Source: Candidatus Omnitrophota bacterium
Lineage (GTDB): Bacteria > Ratteibacteria > UBA8468 > MWAK01
Direction: 5' to 3'
DNA length: 64,000 nt
Assembly (NCBI GenBank): GCA_043826355.1
Contig: JBDRQI010000011.1
Span: 21,418 to 85,417 of the forward strand
The notes beneath the pieces were generated by a model that saw nothing but the letters and a program-made list of their open reading frames with translations, made no database searches and was not told the DNA's origin. How positions within the stretch are numbered: the stretch's first letter is position 1; each line of letters begins with the position of its first letter. Made by a program: the position numbers and the translations under genes. Below are positions 21,674 through 29,324 of this stretch, one piece after another.

Positions 21674-22993
21674 CTACTGTTTTCTAATCATTTTGAAAAT
21701 TACCGTTGGTTTTGCGGTCACAACCTGGAACTGATAAAGCGGCAGTGGCGGATTTTTACGCGTCAAAGAAGTTTCTTCACACACAATAATCATTTCATCC
21801 TTGTTTTCTTCCGCTTTGGTAATGGTATATTCCAATTTGTCATCCTGGCTGATGATTACAACCACCATTTTGCTGTTAAAATCCACCTCCGGTAAAAACG
21901 CCGTGATGTTCCGGCCGGCGTTTTGCAAACGCCAGATATTTGCCCACTCTTTTTCATTTCTGATGATGGTGTGGGGCGGTGGAGTCCGACGCGAAAATTC
22001 GGCCTCCAGGAAACTTAATGTCTTTCCGGAAATAGTGGATTGTCTCGTTGACGCCGTCCTGTTTTTAGGCGCGCCCGGCGGCGCGACTAATCTGTTTTGA
22101 AGAGTTGGTTTTGGGTAAAAGACGATGAACAGGATTAAAATCAAAACAGCGCTTCCCAGACCGTAGGAAATATGCCTGAGACGGTATCGCGGGCCGGTCT
22201 TTCGCGCCACCATTTTTTTTGCCGCCTTCAATATCCCGGCTTCAAAATTATCCGGAGGTTTTACCGGATCAGTTTCGGCCAGGATTTTTTGGACGGTTTT
22301 CATCTCCTGGAAAATTTTCCGGCATTCAGCGCAATCTTTCAGGTGTTTTTGAAGATTTTCCTCGACGCTTGGAAGCAGGAGGTTGTCCAACCGGGCGGAA
22401 AAAAATTCGCTGTTTTCATGATAGTCCTGAGCAATGTTTATCGGATTCTTCAGGTCCGAGAGAATATTTGCATACAGTTGTTTTCTGGCTTGAGCCAAAC
22501 GCGATTTAACCGCGAGGTAGCGGCATTTTAAAATACAGGCGATTTCCAAATATGATTTACCCTCCGTATCCTTGAGTACAATGATAAAGTTATCGGGCGG
22601 TGCCAGACCGGCGAGCCCTTTTTGGATCAGCTGAAATTGTTCTTTCTTTCCGATTTCATTCAGAGTAATTAGCTGGTTAGCCGCAACTGCCTCAGAGCCA
22701 GTCGGAACTGAATGACGGAACGGACGCGCCGGATACCTTGTTCGGCGCCTGGACCTGTTTTTCCAGACGTCAAAAGTGGCGTGGCAGAGAAAGATATAAA
22801 TCTGAAAACTGTTTTCAAAACGACGGTAATTTTTCAGAGTTTTCAGAAATGCCGCCCGGGTGAGCTCTTCTGCCTCTTCTCTGTCCTGGCATAAATGATA
22901 AGCCAGGTTGAAGATGTTGCTGCCTTCCTGGTGAACGGCTGCCTCCAGAAACCAGTACGGGTCAACGTCAAAATTTCTATTTTTTCTAATCAT
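21674..22993 (-). CDS. Single-polypeptide ECF sigma factor fused to ZAS anti-sigma domain, TM helix and extracytoplasmic domain
   Basis: Sigma region 2 and region 4 (KSYLEIACILKCRYLAVKSRLAQARKQL), then HLKDCAEC (HxxxCxxC), a hydrophobic helix (GLGSAVLILILFIVF) and a ~130-aa C-terminal domain. Confidence 0.75.
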   Translation of the reverse strand: MIRKNRNFDVDPYWFLEAAVHQEGSNIFNLAYHLCQDREEAEELTRAAFLKTLKNYRRFENSFQIYIFLCHATFDVWKNRSRRRTRYPARPFRHSVPTGSEAVAANQLITLNEIGKKEQFQLIQKGLAGLAPPDNFIIVLKDTEGKSYLEIACILKCRYLAVKSRLAQARKQLYANILSDLKNPINIAQDYHENSEFFSARLDNLLLPSVEENLQKHLKDCAECRKIFQEMKTVQKILAETDPVKPPDNFEAGILKAAKKMVARKTGPRYRLRHISYGLGSAVLILILFIVFYPKPTLQNRLVAPPGAPKNRTASTRQSTISGKTLSFLEAEFSRRTPPPHTIIRNEKEWANIWRLQNAGRNITAFLPEVDFNSKMVVVIISQDDKLEYTITKAEENKDEMIIVCEETSLTRKNPPLPLYQFQVVTAKPTVIFKMIRKQ

Positions 22994-23210
22994 GACGTTA
23001 AGAAAAATTTGTTATACACTCCCGCCTTATTCCCCTTTTTTGGTTTCATGATCTGAGACTAATTTTCGTCCGCCCGCAGTCAAAATTTCTCTTTAAGAAC
23101 AAATTCGGCAACTGTAGATATAAGTATAGCATAAAAATGCTGGCGGGAAAAAGATTTTTTATTCTAATTTCTTGCTTCTGCCGGCTGTCTGCTGTAAAAT
23201 ATTGCGGTAG

Positions 23211-23978
23211 ATGGAAAAAAAAAGAACCGGATTGATTGCCTGCGAAATTTTTTTCCGCGAGATTGCCTATTTTGCAGCCCGGGGGCCGCAGGTGATTGAC
23301 GCGGTCTTTTTACCTAAGGGTCTGCACGATTTAGGCGGGGACAAGATGCGGGAAACCATTCAGGCGGAAATAGACAAGATGCAGGAGAAGGATTATACAC
23401 GCATTATCCTGGGTTATGCGCTCTGCAATAACGGTATCGTCGGATTAACCGGGAGGCGTTTTTCCCTGGTTGCCCCCAGGGCACATGATTGCATTGCCGT
23501 ATTTATGGGTTCCCGGGAACGATACCAGGACTATTTCTTTGCCAATACCGGGACCTATTTTCACACCACAGGCTGGCTGGAAAGAGGTACGCCGGAAGGG
23601 GGCGGGGTAACCACTAAATACTTTGATTCTCAGTTGGGGCCAATGAATCTGCGGCAGAGCCTGGAAGATCTTATCGCTAAATACGGAGAGGAGAACGGAT
23701 TTTACCTCCACCAGATACTGGACCCGGAGAAGAACTATCACAAGATTTTATACATTACCTTGCCTTTACCGGGATTGCCGGATTACCGTGACCTTTCTCG
23801 GGAAACAGCACAAGATAAAGGTTGGGAATGGGAGGAGATGACCGGAGACAGCAGTTTTTTGAAACAACTGATTGAAGGTCCTTACCCGGAGAGGGATTTT
23901 CTGGTGGCGAAACCGGGGCAAAGGATTGTAGCGACCAACGGCGAAAAAATTATCGGGTCTGTTTCAATAAAAACCTGA
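23211..23978 (+). CDS. DUF1638-like protein
   Basis: LIACEIFFREI...FLPKGLHD...ILGYALCNNG...HDCIAVFMG pattern matches my recollection of DUF1638. Confidence 0.7.
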   Translation: MEKKRTGLIACEIFFREIAYFAARGPQVIDAVFLPKGLHDLGGDKMRETIQAEIDKMQEKDYTRIILGYALCNNGIVGLTGRRFSLVAPRAHDCIAVFMGSRERYQDYFFANTGTYFHTTGWLERGTPEGGGVTTKYFDSQLGPMNLRQSLEDLIAKYGEENGFYLHQILDPEKNYHKILYITLPLPGLPDYRDLSRETAQDKGWEWEEMTGDSSFLKQLIEGPYPERDFLVAKPGQRIVATNGEKIIGSVSIKT

Positions 23979-24810
23979 TGGCCGGTGGTATCTTTTCCAA
24001 TAAGTCTTCGGCCAGAAGAGACGGTTCGCTTTTCTCCCGGCTTGCCAGGTCCCCGGCCAGACCGTGCAGGTAAACTCCCAGCGAAGCAGCGGAAAAGGCC
24101 GGCAGTCCCTGAACCAACAGCCCGGCGATGAGCCCGGCCAGTACGTCACCGCTTCCGGCAGTCGCCAGGCCCGGGTTTCCGGTAAAATTGAGATATAGAG
24201 AACCATCCGGTGAGGCCACCACCGTCTGATACCCTTTTAGGACCGTAATGGTGTTGTATTTCCGGCTGAAACGCAAGGCGGTTTCCTTTCGCGATTTTTG
24301 TATTTTTTCAATCTTCAGTCCGGTCAGTCCGGCCATTTCACCGGGGTGAGGCGTCATGATTACCGGCGCTTTTACTCCTCTTAAAATCTCCGGTTTTCCT
24401 CTTAATGCGTTAAGCCCGTCAGCATCCATAACAATCGGTTTTTCCAATCCGTTAAGCAATTTGGCAATAAATCCGGGAATTGATTTTTTGTGTCCCAAAC
24501 CCGGTCCAACCAGCAGGCCGTCGGTTTTGGGGATAAAGCCCTGAATCAGAGGTAAACTTTGCGGGGAGAGGACATTTTCCTTTTCCGGAAGGGGCAAAAA
24601 CATTAATTCTATGAAGCGGCTGGCCAAAATGGGATAGAGACCGGCGCCAATCGCTAATGTAACCAGGCCGGCGCCGGAGCGCAGAGCCGAAGTTGCAGCC
24701 AGTCCGGCGGCTCCGGTCATTCCCGGAGAACCGGCAACCACCAATAAATGTCCGAACTTACCTTTGTGGGCATCTCTTGGCCGCTTGCGCAGAATTTCAA
24801 CCCCATCCAT
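23950..24810 (-). CDS. nnrD: ADP-dependent NAD(P)H-hydrate dehydratase (YjeF C-terminal domain only)
   Basis: HKGKFGHLLVVAGS and GSGDVLAG motifs. No N-terminal epimerase domain is present. Confidence 0.9.
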   Translation of the reverse strand: MDGVEILRKRPRDAHKGKFGHLLVVAGSPGMTGAAGLAATSALRSGAGLVTLAIGAGLYPILASRFIELMFLPLPEKENVLSPQSLPLIQGFIPKTDGLLVGPGLGHKKSIPGFIAKLLNGLEKPIVMDADGLNALRGKPEILRGVKAPVIMTPHPGEMAGLTGLKIEKIQKSRKETALRFSRKYNTITVLKGYQTVVASPDGSLYLNFTGNPGLATAGSGDVLAGLIAGLLVQGLPAFSAASLGVYLHGLAGDLASREKSEPSLLAEDLLEKIPPAIRFLLKQTR

Positions 24811-24813
24811 GAT

Positions 24814-25191
24814 TTATAGTTTTTCTATCAAGCAAAAAGCGATGGCGTAGTCTCCGGAATGAGAGAGGGAAACGGATGCGCAGAAACCATTTTCTTTCAG
24901 GGTTTTTCCGGCTGTTCCGGAAAAACGGAAATAGGGTTGGCCGCCCGGGCTGTTAAGTACTTCTATTTCCCGCCAGCGTATTCCCCCCCGGTTTTCCCGC
25001 TGTAACGCTTTTAAAAACGATTCCTTGGCGGCAAACTTACCGCTGTAATGGACTGCCGGGGTACGCTTCTTTTCGCAAATTTGCTGTTCCGCTTCGGTAA
25101 AGATGTGGTCTTTAATCCGTCCGCCGAAACGCTTCAGCGTTCCGGACATGTGGACGATTGAAACGATGTCAACGCCGATTCCGGAAACCAT
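24814..25191 (-). CDS. acpS: Holo-ACP synthase
   Basis: 125 aa with the GIGVDIV start and FAAKE.F.KA pattern. Confidence 0.9.
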   Translation of the reverse strand: MVSGIGVDIVSIVHMSGTLKRFGGRIKDHIFTEAEQQICEKKRTPAVHYSGKFAAKESFLKALQRENRGGIRWREIEVLNSPGGQPYFRFSGTAGKTLKENGFCASVSLSHSGDYAIAFCLIEKL

Positions 25192-25220
25192 AGGGGCTGT
25201 TAAAGAATAAAATGAACCCC

Positions 25221-25472
25221 TTAAGCGGTTTGAATTGAAATCAACTTCCGGCCGCGTCTGTTTTCAAACGTAACCTTTCCGGCTGAAAGGGCAAAGATGG
25301 TGAAATCGGTGCCCATTTTGGTATGCGAGCCAGGTTTGAAATGGCTGCCCCGCTGGCGTACGATTATCTCGCCGGCCGAGACAACCTGTCCGCCGTAACG
25401 TTTGACGCCCAGGCGCCTGCCGGCGCTGTCGCGTCCATTTTTAACTGACCCCCCGCCTTTTTTTGTCGCCAT
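25221..25472 (-). CDS. rpmA: 50S ribosomal protein L27
   Basis: [16 protein letters not shown]-terminus, 83 aa. Confidence 0.97.
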   Translation of the reverse strand: MATKKGGGSVKNGRDSAGRRLGVKRYGGQVVSAGEIIVRQRGSHFKPGSHTKMGTDFTIFALSAGKVTFENRRGRKLISIQTA

Positions 25473-25549
25473 AGTACACTCCTTTTTTAAACAAGCAATT
25501 ATGTAGTATTGTAGCGGTGCGATTTATCGCACGTATTGTAGTGTTCTGA

Positions 25550-25670
25550 AAGTGGGCGAGACAGGACTTGGCGCCGTTCGGCTTTCACTGCGCCTCAGGT
25601 CGGCCCCCCGCTGGTATTGCTCCTTAATCAGTCGCAATATACCTGACTTCGCTCCTTTCAAGTCCTGTCT
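25550..25670 (-). ncRNA. tRNA-3'-end-associated structured module (copy 2), unknown function
   Basis: A 12-bp inverted repeat (25559-25570 / 25659-25670) closes an 88-nt core homologous to 57142-57225. The distal arm is part of a 21-nt exact copy of the tRNA-Val 3' end. Confidence 0.55.
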
Positions 25671-25686
25671 TCAGGATGCTTAGAAG

Positions 25687-25759
25687 TGGGCGAGACAGGA
25701 CTTGAACCTGTGGCCTTTCGGATGTAAGCCGAATGCTCTGCCAGCTGAGCTACTCGCCC
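25687..25759 (-). tRNA. tRNA-Val (anticodon TAC)
   Basis: Folded by hand into a cloverleaf: acceptor GGGCGAG/CTCGCCC, D stem GCTC/GAGC, anticodon loop CTTACAT, T arm ACAGG-TTCAAGT-CCTGT. CCA is not encoded. Confidence 0.9.
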
Positions 25760-25775
25760 CTTAATATATTTTACC

Positions 25776-27128
25776 CTATTTTAACGAGGCGAGCAATTCG
25801 GTGAAGAAGGATTGGATTTCGTGAAGCCGCTTTTCCGTGTCTGCCTCAAAACGCAGTACCAGCGCCGGTTGGGTATTTGAAGCGCGTACCAGGCCCCAGC
25901 CGTCCTCAAAATAGACCTTCACGCCGTCTATGTCAGATATTTTATATTTGCTGGAAATTTTTTCTTTCAGCCGTTCCACCAGGACAAACTTTTTTTCGTC
26001 CGGCACTTCCATGCGAATTTCCGGGGTGGCGTGGTATTGTTTAAGCCGCCCCAGGAGGGAGGACAGGTTTTCTTTACGCCGGGACAAGTATTGCAGGACG
26101 CGTCCGGACGCATAGATAGCGTCGTCAAATCCGTACCAGTGGTCGCCGAAATAGAGGTGACCGGAAAGTTCACCGGCTACTTTGGCGCCCACCTCATGCA
26201 TCTTGTCTTCAATCAGGGAATGGCCGGTCTTCCACATCAGCGGTTTTCCGCCCAGTCGGGTAATCTCCTCCTCCAGCGCCTTACTGCACTTAACGTCAAA
26301 GACAATGGTTGCGCCCGGATTTTCAGAGATAATTTCTTCGGAAAGAAGCGCCAGTATTTTGTCTCCCCAGACCAGGTTGCCCTGCTCGTCGCAGAGCCCG
26401 ATTCGGTCTCCGTCTCCGTCGATGCCGATGCCTAATTCCGCGCCGCTCTCTTTAACCTTTGCCGCCAGGTCGGCCATGTTTTTCGGCACGACCGGATCGG
26501 CCAGATGGTGGGGGAAAGTATTATCGCTGTTGCAGTAAAGCGGGATTACTTCGGCCCCCAGTCCAATCAGCGCCGGAAGGGCGACCGGGCCCGCGGTTCC
26601 GTTTCCGCAGTCCAGGACCACTTTTAGCGACCGGTCTAACTGAAAGGCCTTTTTAATTGCCGCCAGATAATCAGGCACAACTTCTATTTGTGTAAATCCC
26701 CCGTTTCCGGACGGGAATTTTCCCGATTCCATTAATTCCCGGATTTCCTGGATTTGCAGGCCGAATATGCTCTGGCGGTTAACCAGCAGTTTAAAGCCGT
26801 TATAAGCAGGAGGATTGTGGCTGGCGGTCACCATAATTCCGGCTGGCAAGGAAAGTTTATGGCTGGCGAAATAGAACGTCGGCGTTGGAACCTCTCCGAG
26901 AAAGATAACGTCGGCTCCGCTTTGCCGCAGGCCTGCCATCAAACGCTCGCTGAAGAGGGGAGAGGTGGCGCGGTTATCGTGTCCGACCAGCACCTTTTTG
27001 GCGGCGCCTTTTTTTTCAAGGTAAACGACAAATGCCTGGCCCAGGCCAAAGGCAAAATCAGCGGTCAGCTCGGTATTTGCCAGGCCGCGCAAATCATATT
27101 CCCGGAAAATTGTTTTAGGTATTTTCAT
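25776..27128 (-). CDS. Phosphomannomutase/phosphoglucomutase
   Basis: TASHNPPAYNG phosphoserine loop and GIDGDGDR metal site, 450 aa. Confidence 0.9.
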   Translation of the reverse strand: MKIPKTIFREYDLRGLANTELTADFAFGLGQAFVVYLEKKGAAKKVLVGHDNRATSPLFSERLMAGLRQSGADVIFLGEVPTPTFYFASHKLSLPAGIMVTASHNPPAYNGFKLLVNRQSIFGLQIQEIRELMESGKFPSGNGGFTQIEVVPDYLAAIKKAFQLDRSLKVVLDCGNGTAGPVALPALIGLGAEVIPLYCNSDNTFPHHLADPVVPKNMADLAAKVKESGAELGIGIDGDGDRIGLCDEQGNLVWGDKILALLSEEIISENPGATIVFDVKCSKALEEEITRLGGKPLMWKTGHSLIEDKMHEVGAKVAGELSGHLYFGDHWYGFDDAIYASGRVLQYLSRRKENLSSLLGRLKQYHATPEIRMEVPDEKKFVLVERLKEKISSKYKISDIDGVKVYFEDGWGLVRASNTQPALVLRFEADTEKRLHEIQSFFTELLASLK

Positions 27129-27146
27129 TTTTTATTTAAAAAATTT

Positions 27147-27175
27147 GTCATTCCCGAATGTATTAATCGGGAATC
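27147..27175. repeat. 'attcccg...cgggaat' hairpin repeat
   Basis: gtcattcccgaatgtattaatcgggaatc. Relatives lie at 44933-44963, 45028-45055 and 46574-46603. Confidence 0.75.
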
Positions 27176-27192
27176 TAAATCTTTTTGGTATA

Positions 27193-27309
27193 GATACCCG
27201 CTTATTCGCCTGGGCGTCGCCTGAGACTTCGGCGCACTCTGGCGAGGCGAAGCCTGGGCTCGTCTGGACGAAGTCTGGCCGACCTGACCGGCTATCCGCG
27301 GGTATGACA
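27193..27309. repeat. Composite: hairpin repeat (gatacccgc / gcgggtatgaca) with a ~96-nt modular repeat in its loop
   Basis: The arms lie at 27193-27201 and 27298-27309. The interior matches 33918-33972 (reverse complement) and 61-125. Confidence 0.7.
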
Positions 27310-27340
27310 GATTTTTGTTAATGTTTCTATACTTAAAATT

Positions 27341-28483
27341 TCAGTACGCTGCCTGATAGATGCGCAGCAAATCCTCTTTGGTCACAGGTTTTGGCGTATT
27401 GGCGACGGGAACCGCTACTGCCCACGCTTCTTCCACCATCTTTTCAAAATCACTCTTTTGAACCTTAAAATCTGCCAGCCGTTTTTGGAAACCGATTTTC
27501 TTCTCGAAAGCGAAAAGAAATTTTATCGCCTCTTCGGCCTCTTCTTTTGCGGAACGCCCTTGAGATACTCCAAAAGCAGAAGCCAGCCGGGCCAGTTTTT
27601 CCGCCGCAAAAGGAAGAATTTCTGCTGCTACGTAAGGCAGCAGGAGTCCGTTGGCGACACCGTGGCTGATGCCGTATCTGGCGCCCAGCGGATAGGAAAG
27701 AGAATGACCGACGATTACGCCGGCGTTGGCCAGGCTGATTCCCCCCAGCAGACTGCCCAGCATGGTTTTGGTCCGCGCTTCAAGGTTTTGGCCGTCGGAC
27801 ACCGCCGTCGGGAGTCCGTCAACCAAGAGTGCTGCCGCCTGCAGGGAAAGCGGCTCAGTCAGCGGATTGCTGTTTTTAGACAGGAATGATTCGATTGCGT
27901 GGGTCAGCGCGTCAAGTCCGGTGGCGCGCGTCGGTTCCGCCGGCAGGCCCAGGAGTAAGACCGGGTCAAGAATGGCTGCTGCCGGAATGATATACGGACT
28001 GTTAATTCCGCCCTTGCGTCCCTGGTGAACCAGGACCGCAGTTTGGGTCAATTCGCTTCCGGTGCCGGCGGTGGTCGGTATCATAATTCCGGGTATTGCT
28101 TTACGGGTCAAAAGGTTTTGGCCCCGGTATTTTTCCGAACTGCCCGGATTGGTTATCAGCCCGGCAACCGCTTTGGCGGTATCCATGGCACTTCCGCCTC
28201 CAATACCGATGACCAGGCCCGGTTTTTCTTTCCGGGCGAAATCCGCCATTGCATCAACCGTTTGAACCGTTGGCTCTCCGGGTGTAATTTCACAGGGAAT
28301 TGTTTTCCAACCCGCCAGCAGTCTTTCCACGCGGGGCCAGATTTGCGGTTTTACTGCCGGGTCCATCACTATCAGAACGTTCCCCCCGGTCAGAAAGAAA
28401 CTGACTTCTTCCGGCAGGAGGTCAAACTTTCCCGTTCCGAAGATTACTTTCGGCGGTATCCGAAAAACAAAATCATTCTTCAT
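27341..28483 (-). CDS. Iron-containing (group III) alcohol dehydrogenase
   Basis: GGGSAMDTAKA motif and conserved His-rich C-terminal half, 380 aa. Confidence 0.88.
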   Translation of the reverse strand: MKNDFVFRIPPKVIFGTGKFDLLPEEVSFFLTGGNVLIVMDPAVKPQIWPRVERLLAGWKTIPCEITPGEPTVQTVDAMADFARKEKPGLVIGIGGGSAMDTAKAVAGLITNPGSSEKYRGQNLLTRKAIPGIMIPTTAGTGSELTQTAVLVHQGRKGGINSPYIIPAAAILDPVLLLGLPAEPTRATGLDALTHAIESFLSKNSNPLTEPLSLQAAALLVDGLPTAVSDGQNLEARTKTMLGSLLGGISLANAGVIVGHSLSYPLGARYGISHGVANGLLLPYVAAEILPFAAEKLARLASAFGVSQGRSAKEEAEEAIKFLFAFEKKIGFQKRLADFKVQKSDFEKMVEEAWAVAVPVANTPKPVTKEDLLRIYQAAY

Positions 28484-28544
28484 CTTCAGGACTCCTTATG
28501 CCGGCTATTTTACCATATTTCACAAATCCGTTGTATAAAATGCA

Positions 28545-29324
28545 TTAAATGCTTGTATTCAGCAGGGAGGCAAGGGCAACCGCCGGATTTTCCTGGCGCA
28601 AAAGGGATTCTCCGACCAGGAAGGCCGATGCTCCCCGCCGGGAAAGTTCCCGTATTTCTGTTTTGGTTTTCAGCCCGCTTTCCACTATTTTTATTTTTTC
28701 TTTTGGTATTAGGGGCAGAATACGGCGGCTGACATTAAGGTCGGTTTGGAGGGTAGCCAGATTCCGGTTATTGATTCCGATAATCTCTGCGCCGATAGAA
28801 AGGGCGTCCGCCAGCTCCGTTTCGCTGTGAATTTCTACCAGCGCTGAAAGTTTCAGGGACAGCGCCAGAGAGAAGAGTTCCTGCAGGGTCTGGCGGTTGT
28901 GGAGCGCAACAATCAATAGAACGGCGTCGGCTCCGTTGGCGCGGGCTTCGTAAATCTGATAGGGAAGCAGGATGAAATCTTTCTGGAGAATGGGTATATT
29001 TATTGATTTCCGGACAACGGCCAAGTCGGCAAGACTTCCCCGGAAGTGGTCTTTTTCGGTTAGGACCGAGATAGCGGTTGCCCCGGCTTCCTGGTAGCTT
29101 TGGGCGAGAGCGCCCGGAGAAAGTTCCGGTCGCAAAAGACCGGCTGAAGGCGAGGCGCGCTTGATTTCAGCAATGATGCGCAGTCTTTTTTTAGCGGAGA
29201 GGGCTGCGGTAAAGTTGCGCGGTTCGGGCAGACCGGCAATTTCATTTTCCAGGATGACCAGGGGCTTCTTTCGGGCTCTTTCCCTGGCGCCGGTCCTGAC
29301 CCCGGCAATAATGGAACTAAGCAT
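28545..29324 (-). CDS. trpC: Indole-3-glycerol-phosphate synthase
   Basis: IAEIKRASPS, LTEKDHFRG and ILQKDFI motifs. TAATG overlap with the upstream ADH. No other trp genes are adjacent. Confidence 0.9.
   Translation of the reverse strand: MLSSIIAGVRTGARERARKKPLVILENEIAGLPEPRNFTAALSAKKRLRIIAEIKRASPSAGLLRPELSPGALAQSYQEAGATAISVLTEKDHFRGSLADLAVVRKSINIPILQKDFILLPYQIYEARANGADAVLLIVALHNRQTLQELFSLALSLKLSALVEIHSETELADALSIGAEIIGINNRNLATLQTDLNVSRRILPLIPKEKIKIVESGLKTKTEIRELSRRGASAFLVGESLLRQENPAVALASLLNTSI

Noticed and set aside
22994-23210. ECF-type autoregulatory promoter upstream of the sigma/anti-sigma fusion
   Set aside because: I could not find a convincing GGAAC-N16-CGT-like pair by eye, so I left it as something to test.
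25550-25759. Integrated prophage or genomic island at tRNA genes (direct repeats of the tRNA 3' end look like attL/attR)
   Set aside because: Only about 110 nt lie between the direct repeats at both loci, with no integrase or cargo. The same short core occurs at two different tRNAs. I kept this as an unexplained module rather than calling an island.
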